Part shown: positions 19,825 through 30,057 of the stretch, piece after piece
Layout: the number at the start of each line of letters is the position of its first letter
How positions within the stretch are numbered: the first letter of the stretch is position 1
Assembly (NCBI GenBank): GCA_040751775.1
Contig: JBFMGD010000008.1
Location: forward strand, 15,431-79,430
From: Bacillota bacterium
GTDB lineage: Bacteria > Bacillota > Dethiobacteria > DTU022
Reading direction: 5' to 3'
Length of the DNA stretch: 64,000 bases
Notes under the pieces: generated by a model
Databases searched by the model: none
Told to the model about the DNA's origin: nothing
Seen by the model: the letters and a program-made list of their open reading frames with translations, nothing else
Translations under genes and position numbers: made by a program

Positions 19825-20589
19825 ATGAACTGCAAGGTATCAATTTTAATTACGACATTTCAGAGACCGCACTTATTAAAGTGGGGGCTGTATTCTTTGG
19901 CCAGACAATACATTCCGTTTACATTTGAAACCCTGGTGATCAATGACGGAGTTAATGATGAAACTGAAGAAATATGTCATAAATATCTGCGAAAGCTCAA
20001 TTTAAAATATCTATTTTCCGGGCAAAGAAATTTAAATGGCGCAATTGAGTGGCGAGTCCCCGGTTTTGCTTTTAATATCGGGGCAAAACAGTCTTTAGGA
20101 AAAGTCTTGATTTTGAGCTGCGCCGAAATGTTTCATCTAAATGACACTGTTTCAAAACTGGCTTATCCCGTATTGAAAAACCCGAACTTACTGGGCATAC
20201 CCGTTGGCAAATCCGACCGGGACGGTATTTTCCTTAACCATCTTAATGAGCACAACGGCCGCTTTACCCCCGCCTTATTTGAGCAACTGCCGGCATTGGA
20301 CGTCCGGCTTCCCTATTTGCTGTCTGTAAGCCGTAGCCAATATAATGCCATCGGGGGATATGATGAGGACTTCACCGGGGTAGCGGCTGAGGACAGCGAT
20401 CTTGTTGACAGGCTGCGGCTAAACGGATGCGGCTATTTTCAAACCAAAGCGGAAACCGTCCATTTATACCACCCGCGTCATTTGGGCGGCACGGAGCACC
20501 ATCCGGCCGTGCAGTATAACCGAAATCTTTATTATACCAGACAAGGCCGGATAGTTAGGAACGAAAAGAGGGAATGGGGTAAGCTATGA
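19825..20589 (+). CDS. Small GT-A glycosyltransferase (module A)
   Basis: VSILITTFQRPHLLKWGLYSLARQ…VINDGVNDETEE… It is paralogous to the C-terminal half of the 23422–25026 protein. Confidence 0.7.
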   Translation: MNCKVSILITTFQRPHLLKWGLYSLARQYIPFTFETLVINDGVNDETEEICHKYLRKLNLKYLFSGQRNLNGAIEWRVPGFAFNIGAKQSLGKVLILSCAEMFHLNDTVSKLAYPVLKNPNLLGIPVGKSDRDGIFLNHLNEHNGRFTPALFEQLPALDVRLPYLLSVSRSQYNAIGGYDEDFTGVAAEDSDLVDRLRLNGCGYFQTKAETVHLYHPRHLGGTEHHPAVQYNRNLYYTRQGRIVRNEKREWGKL

Positions 20590-23432
20590 AATGGCATTTA
20601 AGGAGAATACCCCGCGTCGTTCATTTTTACTGGGGTAATGATACGATTTCATTTTTGAGATACCTCTCTGTTTTCTCGTTTAGACTGTATAACCCGGATT
20701 GGATCATCAAGCTGTACTACCCCAAAACAAAGTTCCGGGGTGCAAAAACCTGGGCCACGCGAGAGCGCTACGGCAAATTCAAAGGGAAAAACTATATCGA
20801 TAAACTCTTTGGCCTGGATGTAGAAAAGATCGAAGTTGATTTTGGGGAAATCGGGTTCGCCAGTGACGTACCTGAAAATTACAAGGCCGATTTTTTACGA
20901 TGGAGAATTTTATCCTTTGAGGGGGGTCTATGGTCCGATATTGATATTATCTATTTTAAACCGGTGGCAGACCTGTATTTCAATCAAGAGGTGAATAAAG
21001 ATACAGAGCTGTGTGTCTGTATAAACGAATATCAAAACAATTCCGTCGGTTTTTTATTGGCGGCGCCGGGAAACGGATTGTGTAAATTTGTTCATGCGCA
21101 ATCTTTTACAAGGTTAAACCTCCAGGATTATCAAAGCATGGGGCCGCTCATCCTTGATGCCTATTTCCCAACTGTCGCTTCCATTAAGGAAAAATTCCCC
21201 GCATTGAACGTATTTAACTTTAAAATGGCAGTGGTCTACCCGGTTCATGACGATCCGCCGCGTAATTGGTGGGCTTCTTCAATTTTTCAGGGCAGCGATC
21301 TATCCCGGATTACAGATGATACGATCGGACTACACTGGTACGCCGGGCACCCTGACGCGGACGAATGGGAAGATAAATTAACAGAAAACAATTTTCACAA
21401 GTTTGATAATGTCCTGGTAAAGGTTATCGGAGAGGTAATGAGGGAGGAGGATCGGAAAAAGTACTCTATCGTCTGCACTTGTAAAATATTCAATGAGCTG
21501 CGCAAGGGCAATTTGGAGCGCTTTGTGCGGCACATCAAGCCGTTGGTGGATGCCCTGGTGGTCTATGACGACGGCAGTACCGACGGGAGTTTTGAATATA
21601 TGCTGCAACACACCCCCTATGTCATCCGCGGCAGTAAAAATGATTTCCTGCATGAGCGGGTCCATAGGCAGATGCTGCTCGATCAGGCGCTTGCACTCTC
21701 ACCCGATTTTATTCTGTGGCTTGACGCGGATGAAGTGCTGACGGCCAACGCCGCTGAAAAATTACAGGAACTCTGTGCCTACTGTGATCAGAACCGTATC
21801 GACGGCCTTAAATTACACGAACTGAATATTTGGCGCAGCCGGACCTGGCGGAGAATTGACAGCCTCTTTAATGATGGGTGGTTCACCCGCCTGTGGCGGG
21901 TTGCTCCCGGTATGATTTATGAGAATATCCATAACCCGGGGCTTCATCAATCGCAATGTCCTTCGACAATACGCGTTATCGAGCCAACGCATGAAATCAA
22001 GGTGCTGCATTACGGTTTTTCTTCCAGGAAGAACCTGGCCTACAAATACCTGGTCTACCGCTCTCACGGTCAGCGCGGTTATGAAATGCTTGACCGGTTA
22101 ATCAGTGAAGAACAGCTCGTATTGGAAAAGGTGCCGCGGGATTTTTTTCCGGCGGAACTGTGGGCCGATGAAGAGCCTCCCCAACCGCTACCCTTTTTGG
22201 AATCGCTGCGTTTCGTGGAAGAACACCGGGAAGAGGTGTTTGGCCCGAAATTCTCGATCATCTGTCCCATAGCTAAAAGTATCGACTGGTTAAAGTTTAT
22301 CTATGAACAGATATTTAAATATACCGATATGACCGACAAGGAGTTTTTCTTTGTCGCCGGCGATGCCAATGAAGCTGTTCTGGCATACCTGCGTGACCGC
22401 TATATCCCGCATTGTATTTTGAAAAACAAGCCTTTGCCGGAAACCGCGCCTACCGGCGGCAACGTTTACCGGGCTTATAACTATGGCGGCAGTAAAGCAA
22501 GAGGGGATTTCCTTGTTTTGATCCATTCCGATATGGCCTTTGCTCCCGGCTGGTTTGATCATCTGATTAAGGCTTATGATGGCGCCAACTGGATCTCGTC
22601 CCGTGTGATCGAGCCGGGCCGGGCGGTAAGCGGGGGGCACGGGTTGATTAAAGATTTCGGCCGCGATCTCCGTTCGTATCAAGAGCCGGCATTCCTACGC
22701 TATGTCTCGGAGACAGCCCTGCCGAAAATCGAAAACAGGGGCGAGTTTATACCGCTTTTGATCCGAAAAGATCATTTTAACCTGGTCGGCGGTTATCCCG
22801 AGGGAGATATCGTTCCGGGCAGCGACATCTTTCAGCCGGTTATGGCCCAAAAAGGAGAACCGTCCATTACCGGTTACGCGGTGTTGCAGCTGAGGCTGGC
22901 CGCAAAGGGGATCAGGCACCAAACCGCCTTTGACAGCCTGATCTACCATTTCCATGGCGGCGAAGCAAAAGAGCCCGAATCGGCGGAAATCCTTCCGGAG
23001 AAAACCAGGATCGCCCTATGCAATGTTGCTCTACCCGGGTCCCTGCCTGCCTCTGTTCAGGTTGACCCGGGCGTTGCCGGGGGCAATGAGGATTATGCCG
23101 GAGCGGCGCGTGAATATATTGACCGGAACCACCCGGAGACCACCGTGATCATTCAGGATGCGACTTCTTCTGAAATCGTTGATCCGTCACGCTATACCAT
23201 CGCCTTATTAAAGGATAACCTGCGCCCCGCAGGATGCCCGCCGGAACGGCAGGAGAACAATTTACGGCTGGCCCGCAAACTGGTTGCCCACTCACTCGCC
23301 ACCGCCCGGTCTTATCCCGAATATGATTTTGAGATTATTCCGGAAGACGCTTCCATCGATCAGTGGATAGGGCTGCTTACCAGGGTTATCCAGGAGATCA
23401 AGATGAGGAAAGGAGAGAAAAATGGTGGATAA
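20586..23432 (+). CDS. 948-aa triple-domain glycosyltransferase: Gly_transf_sug (DXD) + GT2 + GT2-like module D + C-terminal tail
   Basis: ADFLRWRILSFEGGLWSDIDIIY (PF04488-type DXD). DALVVYDDGSTDGS…WLDADEVL (GT2). YRAYNYGGSKARGDFLVLIHSDMAFAPGW (module D). Confidence 0.75.
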   Translation: MKWHLRRIPRVVHFYWGNDTISFLRYLSVFSFRLYNPDWIIKLYYPKTKFRGAKTWATRERYGKFKGKNYIDKLFGLDVEKIEVDFGEIGFASDVPENYKADFLRWRILSFEGGLWSDIDIIYFKPVADLYFNQEVNKDTELCVCINEYQNNSVGFLLAAPGNGLCKFVHAQSFTRLNLQDYQSMGPLILDAYFPTVASIKEKFPALNVFNFKMAVVYPVHDDPPRNWWASSIFQGSDLSRITDDTIGLHWYAGHPDADEWEDKLTENNFHKFDNVLVKVIGEVMREEDRKKYSIVCTCKIFNELRKGNLERFVRHIKPLVDALVVYDDGSTDGSFEYMLQHTPYVIRGSKNDFLHERVHRQMLLDQALALSPDFILWLDADEVLTANAAEKLQELCAYCDQNRIDGLKLHELNIWRSRTWRRIDSLFNDGWFTRLWRVAPGMIYENIHNPGLHQSQCPSTIRVIEPTHEIKVLHYGFSSRKNLAYKYLVYRSHGQRGYEMLDRLISEEQLVLEKVPRDFFPAELWADEEPPQPLPFLESLRFVEEHREEVFGPKFSIICPIAKSIDWLKFIYEQIFKYTDMTDKEFFFVAGDANEAVLAYLRDRYIPHCILKNKPLPETAPTGGNVYRAYNYGGSKARGDFLVLIHSDMAFAPGWFDHLIKAYDGANWISSRVIEPGRAVSGGHGLIKDFGRDLRSYQEPAFLRYVSETALPKIENRGEFIPLLIRKDHFNLVGGYPEGDIVPGSDIFQPVMAQKGEPSITGYAVLQLRLAAKGIRHQTAFDSLIYHFHGGEAKEPESAEILPEKTRIALCNVALPGSLPASVQVDPGVAGGNEDYAGAAREYIDRNHPETTVIIQDATSSEIVDPSRYTIALLKDNLRPAGCPPERQENNLRLARKLVAHSLATARSYPEYDFEIIPEDASIDQWIGLLTRVIQEIKMRKGEKNGG

Positions 23433-25026
23433 TCCCGGTATTTCGATCATCTGTCCGATCGACAAAAGTGTTGCGCTGCTAAAGTTTGTCTATAAACAGG
23501 TATTAAAATATACCGATTTGGCGGACAAAGAATTTTTTTTTGTCGTCACCGGCGCCGGTGACGCCGTCCTGACTTACCTGCGGGATCACTATATTCCTCA
23601 CTATGTCATGGAAAAAACACCCGAACAGAAAACAGAATGGTATATCAACAGTGTTTACCGCGCCTATAATTTTGGAGCGCGTAAAGCACGGGGAAATTTT
23701 TTTCTTTTCATCCATTCCGATATGGCTTTTAATCCGGGCTGGTTGGACAATTTGCTTAAAGCATATAACGGCGCCAACTGTATCACACCCCGCTTAGTTG
23801 AATCGGGAAAGCTGCCCAGCGGGCAGTACGCCATTGCCAAAGATTTCGGCCGCCATCCAAGTTTGTTCAGGAAGTATGATTTTCTGCAATATGTGCCGGA
23901 GATTGCTTTACCCGAAGTGGCGGAGGGAGGGTCGTATATACCGCTCCTGATTCGCCAAGAACATTTTGATCTGGCCGGCGGTTATCCCGAAGGCAATCCT
24001 CTTTCCGGTAGTGACCTTTTTCAACCGGTGATTGCCCGCGAGGGTGAGCCGTACCATGTCGGTTACGAGGTTTTCAGGCGAAAACTGGCCCTGCAGGGGA
24101 TCACGCATCAAACCGTTTTCAGCAGTGTCGTTTATCATTTTCAGCGCGGGGAGACGGATGAGCCGGAAACCACACAAACCCCATCCGGTAAAAAAAAGGC
24201 TTTAAATAATCTTATTGCGGTTGGAATAAACAAGTATCTCGGTAGAAATACAGCGCGGAAAAGGAATTGCCAAGTATCAATTTTGATCTCCACCTTTCAA
24301 CGGCCGCATTTGTTAAAGTGGGGGCTGTATTCGTTGGCCAAACAGGATATTCCGCTTAAATTTGAAACGATCGTGATCAACGACGGCGTGGATGACGAAA
24401 CCGAAGCAATATGTGAAGAATACCGGGAAAAACTTAATTTAACCTACTTGTTTACAGGGCAAAGGAACCTTGACGGTGCGATCAAGTGGAGGGTGCCGGG
24501 GTTTTCTTTAAATATCGGAGCGAAACAGTCAACAGGAAAATTCCTGGTGATCGCCTGTTCGGAGATGTTTCACTTGAACGACACGATCGTCAAGTTAATC
24601 AACCCTTTGCGGAAAAATCCCGACTTTCTGGGCATACCCGTCGGGAAGGATGATACGGACGGCTCTTTTCTCCGGTATATCCAGGAACACGGCGGGAATT
24701 ATGACCAGGAGATGTTTGAAAGCTGCGCCGCGTTGAATGTTCAGCTGCCGTTTTTACTGTCGGTGAGCCGTAAACATTTTTTTGCCATCGGCGGGTATGA
24801 CGAAGACTTTACCGGGATAGCGTATGACGACAACGACCTGGTCCAGAGATTGCAAATAAATGGGTGCAGTTATGTACAGACGGAAGCGAAAACCGTGCAC
24901 TTGTTTCATCCGCGCTGCTGGATCGGCCGGGAGGTAGACCCCGGGTTCCTGTTCAATAAAAACCTTTTTTTTATGAAAAAAGGGAAAGTGGTCCGGAATA
25001 TCAACAGAGAGTGGGGTATACGATAA
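23422..25026 (+). CDS. 534-aa dual-domain glycosyltransferase (module D' + module A')
   Basis: The N-terminal half is paralogous to residues ~550–790 of the 948-aa protein. The C-terminal half is paralogous to the 254-aa GT at 19825. Confidence 0.75.
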   Translation: MVDNPGISIICPIDKSVALLKFVYKQVLKYTDLADKEFFFVVTGAGDAVLTYLRDHYIPHYVMEKTPEQKTEWYINSVYRAYNFGARKARGNFFLFIHSDMAFNPGWLDNLLKAYNGANCITPRLVESGKLPSGQYAIAKDFGRHPSLFRKYDFLQYVPEIALPEVAEGGSYIPLLIRQEHFDLAGGYPEGNPLSGSDLFQPVIAREGEPYHVGYEVFRRKLALQGITHQTVFSSVVYHFQRGETDEPETTQTPSGKKKALNNLIAVGINKYLGRNTARKRNCQVSILISTFQRPHLLKWGLYSLAKQDIPLKFETIVINDGVDDETEAICEEYREKLNLTYLFTGQRNLDGAIKWRVPGFSLNIGAKQSTGKFLVIACSEMFHLNDTIVKLINPLRKNPDFLGIPVGKDDTDGSFLRYIQEHGGNYDQEMFESCAALNVQLPFLLSVSRKHFFAIGGYDEDFTGIAYDDNDLVQRLQINGCSYVQTEAKTVHLFHPRCWIGREVDPGFLFNKNLFFMKKGKVVRNINREWGIR

Positions 25027-25050
25027 TGCTGTCAGTTAAAGAGGGCCGGG

Positions 25051-25971
25051 ATGAGTTTTAAAAGTCCGCAAGTAACCGTTTTGATGCCGGTGTTCAACGG
25101 TGAAAAGTACCTGGAGGAAGCCATCGGCAGTATTTTAAAGCAATCCTTTGTCGATTTTGAGCTGCTGATCATAAACGACGGTTCCACCGACGGCAGTGCG
25201 GCGATCATTAATTCCTATCATGACCCGCGGGTTCGCCCGGTGCACAATGAAAAAAACCTGAAGCTGGCGGCTGCTTTAAACCGGGGTATCGCTTTGGCCC
25301 GGGGGGAATATATCGCCCGGATGGATTGCGACGATCTGAGCCTGCCCGAGCGTTTGAGCAGGCAGGTTTCTTTTCTGGACGAAAACCCGTCCTGCGGGCT
25401 GTGCGCGACAAACGCGGTTGCCGTAAATACCGCGGGAGAGAATCTATTTAACCTGTTTCCGGAAGAAACAGCCGTCCCGCTGGAATGGACATTAATCTGG
25501 GAAAACCCGATCGCTCATCCAACGGTGATGCTGCGTAAGAAATTCCTGTTGGAATTTGATCTCAAGTATCAAGATATTCCGTCGGAAGACTACGACCTGT
25601 GGTGCAGGCTGGTGCTGAGAGCGAAAATTTCCCGCATGTCCGAAGTTCTTTTACATTACCGGTACCATCCCGACAGCTCCTACAATGTAGAAAAAAAGCG
25701 ACATCTTCTGCAGGCCATTGCTTCCAGCCGGGATTTGGCATTTGCCGTCACCCGGCAGGAAATCCCGGTATTTCACGCTGATTTAACGATCTTTCCGAAA
25801 GCCATGGGTGAGCCGCCCAAGGTTTATGACACCGGTAGCGTAAATGAATGGTTGGCCCTGCTGTTGGCTAAATCACGGGAAAAATTTGGCTGGGATGACC
25901 GGGGCTATCAAAACGCTAAAGACGACAGCCGGCGGCTCCTTGCCAGGATAATGCCGGCGGCAAACGCATAG
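25051..25971 (+). CDS. GT2 glycosyltransferase
   Basis: VTVLMPVFNGEKYLEEAIGSILKQSFVDFELLIINDGSTDGS…RMDCDD. About 55% identical to the 39509–40429 protein. Confidence 0.85.
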   Translation: MSFKSPQVTVLMPVFNGEKYLEEAIGSILKQSFVDFELLIINDGSTDGSAAIINSYHDPRVRPVHNEKNLKLAAALNRGIALARGEYIARMDCDDLSLPERLSRQVSFLDENPSCGLCATNAVAVNTAGENLFNLFPEETAVPLEWTLIWENPIAHPTVMLRKKFLLEFDLKYQDIPSEDYDLWCRLVLRAKISRMSEVLLHYRYHPDSSYNVEKKRHLLQAIASSRDLAFAVTRQEIPVFHADLTIFPKAMGEPPKVYDTGSVNEWLALLLAKSREKFGWDDRGYQNAKDDSRRLLARIMPAANA

Positions 25972-25986
25972 CCTAACCTCCTCATG

Positions 25987-27138
25987 TCAACCCTCCTCCC
26001 GGATACCGAAGTCCGGCGGGCGGGTTTTCAGGATTCCGAAATAATGAAAAATAGAGTCGCGGATGCGTTTGGAGGCCTGCCCGTCTCCGTACGGGTTAAC
26101 CGCCCGTGCCATGGCCAGGTAGGTTTTCCTGTTATCCAGAAGCTCCCGGGCGGCGTGGTAGATATCTTGTTGCCGGGTACCCACCAGGCGCACCGTTCCG
26201 GCGGTTATCGCCTCGGGACGTTCGGTAACCTCCCGCAATACCAGCACCGGCCGTCCCAACGCGGGAGCTTCTTCCTGGATGCCTCCCGAATCGGTGAGGA
26301 CAAGGTAACAGCGCGCCATCAGGTTATGAAAGGTAATCGTATCCAGGGGCTCCAGGAGCAGCACCTTCGGGCATTCACCCAGCGCTTTACGTACCGGATC
26401 CCGCACCGCGGGGTTGCGGTGTACGGGAAAAACCAGGTGGTATCCGCTGTCTTTCACCAGCCGCCGCAGGGCGGCACAGATCTCCTCCAGGGAGCGGCCC
26501 CAGCTTTCCCGGCGGTGCACCTCCGCCAGCAGGACCGGCTCGGTGAAATCGAGGGCTTGCAGTCGAGCGTCGCGGAAGCGGAAATCACGCCGCACTGTAG
26601 TCTTCAAGGCATCAATGACGGTGTTGCCGGTGACATAGATCTGTTCCGCCGGGATCCCTTCCCGCAGCAGGTTCTCCCGGGCCCCGGCGGTCGGCGCGAA
26701 GTGCAGGTCTGCCAGAGTCGCGGTAAGGCGGCGGTTAATCTCCTCGGGGAAGGGGCTGTCTTTGCGTCCGGTACGCAGCCCGGCCTCCACGTGTCCGACG
26801 GGACATCGCCGGTAAAAGGCGGCCAGGGCGGCGGTAAAGGTGGTGGTAGTATCGCCGTGAACCAGGACCAGGTCCGGGGCGGCAACAATGATCACTTCTT
26901 CCAGGCCGGCCAGTGAACGGCAGGTAATATCGCTCAGGCTTTGCCGCGGGCGCATCAGGTCCAGATCGTAATCGGGAGAGATGTCGAAAATGTCCAGGAC
27001 CTGATCGAGCATCTCCCGATGCTGTGCGGTAACAGCCACCAGGGCGTTGAACCGCGGGGTATTACGCAGCAGTTTCACCAGAGGCGCCATCTTGATCGCT
27101 TCCGGGCGAGTTCCGAAGATAAAGAGTACCGCCGGCAT
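25987..27138 (-). CDS. wecB: Non-hydrolysing UDP-GlcNAc 2-epimerase (WecB/MnaA type)
   Basis: MPAVLFIFGTRPEAIKMAPLV…HVEAGLRTG…VTGNTVIDAL. Confidence 0.85.
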   Translation of the reverse strand: MPAVLFIFGTRPEAIKMAPLVKLLRNTPRFNALVAVTAQHREMLDQVLDIFDISPDYDLDLMRPRQSLSDITCRSLAGLEEVIIVAAPDLVLVHGDTTTTFTAALAAFYRRCPVGHVEAGLRTGRKDSPFPEEINRRLTATLADLHFAPTAGARENLLREGIPAEQIYVTGNTVIDALKTTVRRDFRFRDARLQALDFTEPVLLAEVHRRESWGRSLEEICAALRRLVKDSGYHLVFPVHRNPAVRDPVRKALGECPKVLLLEPLDTITFHNLMARCYLVLTDSGGIQEEAPALGRPVLVLREVTERPEAITAGTVRLVGTRQQDIYHAARELLDNRKTYLAMARAVNPYGDGQASKRIRDSIFHYFGILKTRPPDFGIREEG

Positions 27139-27238
27139 CGTGGGCTTACAACCTTCCCAGAGATTTTAACAACAGTGCCGCATTTAAAACAGGCTTATTT
27201 CAAAGCATATTCCCGGGAGATATTCTATGTTCATCACG

Positions 27239-28054
27239 TTAGTTTTCCTCTCCCTGGCACGGCGGTATATCCCAGTGCATCGTACCCTTGATTACATAAT
27301 AAGCCAGCGCAAATCTGAGCATGAATTTATCAAGCAGGGGACCATCCTGGCGGCCGGCGACCCACCTTAAAAAATCGGTAAAAACACCGATTCTTTGAAC
27401 CATGATATCCGTTGGAAAAGTGCTCCTGACACTGCTTAAGGGATTATTGCAGTATATCAGCAGCGGCTCCTTCAGGAAAGCGATATCCGTGTACGCGGCC
27501 ACCCGCAGCCAGAAGGCATAGTCTTCGATTAAATCGGGGGTTTCCGGAAAACCCCTCACATTTTCCATCAGGGAAAAGTGCACCAGCCCCGAGCTACAAA
27601 TTACCGGGTTATTCCGGATCAGGTTTTTAAAAATTATTATTTCTTCAGGCCAGTTGGACATCTCACCCGCGATCCCTTTCCCGGGGATGTGGGCATGGGC
27701 GTTGGTGCAAGCGGCGAGGCAATTTAATTTTTTCGCCGCGGCCAGCTGTTTATCCAGCTTTTCCGGCAGCCACTCGTCATCGCTGTCGAGAAATGCCAGC
27801 CATTCTCCCTTGGCTGCCCAAATCCCCCTGTTCCGGGGGACTGCGGGCAGGCCGCTGTGCTCACCTTCCAGCCAGCGGATCCGCGGGTCACCGATAGACT
27901 CTACCATATCCCTGGAACTATCCGTGGAGCCGTCATCACAGACCAGTACCTCGAACGGTGCAAGCGTCTGGTTGAGAGCGCTGTGGATGGCTTTTGCAAT
28001 CAGATCGGCCCTGTTGAAGGTGGGGATGATTACTGAAACAAGATCCATGATCAT
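27239..28054 (-). CDS. GT2 glycosyltransferase
   Basis: VSVIIPTFNRADLIAKAIHSALNQT…VLVCDDGSTDSS…LDSDDEWLPEKL. Confidence 0.85.
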   Translation of the reverse strand: MIMDLVSVIIPTFNRADLIAKAIHSALNQTLAPFEVLVCDDGSTDSSRDMVESIGDPRIRWLEGEHSGLPAVPRNRGIWAAKGEWLAFLDSDDEWLPEKLDKQLAAAKKLNCLAACTNAHAHIPGKGIAGEMSNWPEEIIIFKNLIRNNPVICSSGLVHFSLMENVRGFPETPDLIEDYAFWLRVAAYTDIAFLKEPLLIYCNNPLSSVRSTFPTDIMVQRIGVFTDFLRWVAGRQDGPLLDKFMLRFALAYYVIKGTMHWDIPPCQGEEN

Positions 28055-28140
28055 TCACTCCCGTGTTTTTACTATTCCGGCATTCAGAATTCAGAATGCC
28101 CCAAGAATATGCTTCTCACAATTTACCAACCTTGGATTTA

Positions 28141-29247
28141 CTATAAACGCCAGGGGGCAGCCACCGCGGTATATTTTTTATACCACCCCAGACCTTTGAT
28201 CTGGTCCAGGGGTTCACTATAATCGGGCTTTAACTCCAGGGCTCTCCGGTAATGATGGTACGCTTCTTCCTTTCGCCCCATTAAAGATAAAGCTTCCCCC
28301 GTATAATTTTCGATCAAATGGTCACGCACTGGAGATGCCTCCAGCAAGGTTAAGGCTGCCTGATAATGGCCCGCCATCAGTTTGGCGATCGCTTCGACAA
28401 AGTGCTTTGCTTCGGGGGATACAGCCAATTTGATTGCTTTGCCAATCCAGGCGGGGGCGTCCTTGCCCATGGCCCGCCGCAGGAGGATCAGGGCAATTAT
28501 GGCACAGGCTTTAGCCTGGTTATCGGTTGTACCGGATTTTTCCCAGTCCAATTCGGGAACCAGCTCGGCGATGGTGTGGCGTTCCAGTAACTTCCGCACG
28601 TGTAAAAAATTGTTTTCGTAAGTGCTTTGATTGGTTAGATTGCCGGTATGGCGGCGATACAACAGCAGCGGCTGGGGAACATGAACGTTGAGCCAGCGGC
28701 GTGCCGTCCGGAAGACCATGTCAGTGTCGGTGCCGATATGCAGGGAAGTATCGTACCGGAACGAGTCGAACACAGCCCGGCGGACCATCATGCTCGGGTT
28801 GTTAAAAGGGGTGCCCCACTTCAGAAAGAATCTCAACATGCGCGAGTTCTCGATATTGCCGCTGGCCAAATAGAGAAATGGTTGGTCTTTTTCGTCGATA
28901 TACATGATGTCCGAATGGACAAAACCGATCGCATCGCCGGTGAAGTGTTTTTTTAATATCTCGAAACGCGCCGGAACGGAGATGTCGTCGGAATCCTGAA
29001 AAACGATCAAATCACCTTTGGCCTGGTCAAGGGCCGTATTTCGCGCGGCGGCTTCGCCGCCGTTTTCCTGTTTAAAATACCTGATCCGGGGATCGTTATA
29101 TGATAAGATAATCTCTTCGCTTTTATCGGTAGAACCGTCATTGACAACGATCAATTCGAAGTCTCTTTCGGTTTGATTGAACACGCTTTCCATGGTTTTC
29201 CTTAAGAACTGGGCGGCGTTGTATACAGGCATCATCACACTGATCAC
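28141..29247 (-). CDS. GT2 glycosyltransferase with C-terminal TPR-like domain
   Basis: ISVMMPVYNAAQFL…LIVVNDGSTDKS…QDSDD. C-terminal helical repeats (…AYHHYRRALELKPDYSEPL…). Confidence 0.8.
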   Translation of the reverse strand: MISVMMPVYNAAQFLRKTMESVFNQTERDFELIVVNDGSTDKSEEIILSYNDPRIRYFKQENGGEAAARNTALDQAKGDLIVFQDSDDISVPARFEILKKHFTGDAIGFVHSDIMYIDEKDQPFLYLASGNIENSRMLRFFLKWGTPFNNPSMMVRRAVFDSFRYDTSLHIGTDTDMVFRTARRWLNVHVPQPLLLYRRHTGNLTNQSTYENNFLHVRKLLERHTIAELVPELDWEKSGTTDNQAKACAIIALILLRRAMGKDAPAWIGKAIKLAVSPEAKHFVEAIAKLMAGHYQAALTLLEASPVRDHLIENYTGEALSLMGRKEEAYHHYRRALELKPDYSEPLDQIKGLGWYKKYTAVAAPWRL

Positions 29248-29266
29248 TTGAAATATTGCCTCCTTA

Positions 29267-30046
29267 TTAATATTTATTTAGGAGTTCATCAATCAGATCA
29301 TTTTTATCCGGGGTTTTCCGCCAGTTGGAACCGTTGCAGGTGTGCAGCCAGTCCCCGGTATATTCGATAAAATTATCTACCTGCGGATCATCGCCTTCCC
29401 TTAACCGGACATAGTGCGGCGCCAGCGGCACCAGTATGGTCCTGTCAAAATCCTGATAAAGGGAACGCCAGTTCCCGCCGCCGGTATCACAACCGTACCC
29501 CGGCATAAAATTCACTTTCTTGTTTTTGACATAATCGTATTTAAAAAAACAGAGACCGGGGTGCAGGTACCACCTGAAACCTTGGCCGGGGACGATCCTG
29601 CTTTGGGTAAGGCCGTAAAGAGTGGTTTCCTGTAAAATTTTCCTTATTTTAATCGGCCGGACCGGGTAAATATCATGATCCAGAAAACCGAAGAAGTCTG
29701 CTTTTCTCTTATGGAAATAATTCTTGTAAATCCAGTTCAAAGCAAAACCATGCGATAAACTGGAATTGATTCTTTTGCAGGGAATCCCGGGCAGCCTGAT
29801 ATAGGCGGTATCGAGTTCCCGGCACAGCCGCATGATTTTTTCCTGTTTGAGCGGGTCGGTTGAATTGTCGGCAACGGTATAGGCGTAAGGATCAAGAAAA
29901 TACTTTTTCAACAACCTGATTTGGTGAGCGATCACCAGTTCATTGTTGAAAGCAATTGTGGCGATATCGACCAAATTTGCGTCGGCCGGCGGTTTATCGT
30001 CGCAGTTGAAATGCAAAACATCGTCCAGGGTTAACCGAAAATACAT
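29267..30046 (-). CDS. Hypothetical protein, possible DXD-containing nucleotide-sugar transferase
   Basis: Has a DHD motif (FFGFLDHDIYP) and a GT-A-like hydrophobicity pattern. No firm family assignment. Confidence 0.35.
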   Translation of the reverse strand: MYFRLTLDDVLHFNCDDKPPADANLVDIATIAFNNELVIAHQIRLLKKYFLDPYAYTVADNSTDPLKQEKIMRLCRELDTAYIRLPGIPCKRINSSLSHGFALNWIYKNYFHKRKADFFGFLDHDIYPVRPIKIRKILQETTLYGLTQSRIVPGQGFRWYLHPGLCFFKYDYVKNKKVNFMPGYGCDTGGGNWRSLYQDFDRTILVPLAPHYVRLREGDDPQVDNFIEYTGDWLHTCNGSNWRKTPDKNDLIDELLNKY

Positions 30047-30057
30047 GTTTAATGCTC

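Noticed and set aside
25984-26916. 310-aa ORF on the plus strand
   Set aside because: It lies entirely antisense within the minus-strand UDP-GlcNAc 2-epimerase gene, in a GC-rich stretch. The sequence is low-complexity (G/P/R/Q-rich) with no domain. The minus-strand gene has strong WecB motifs.
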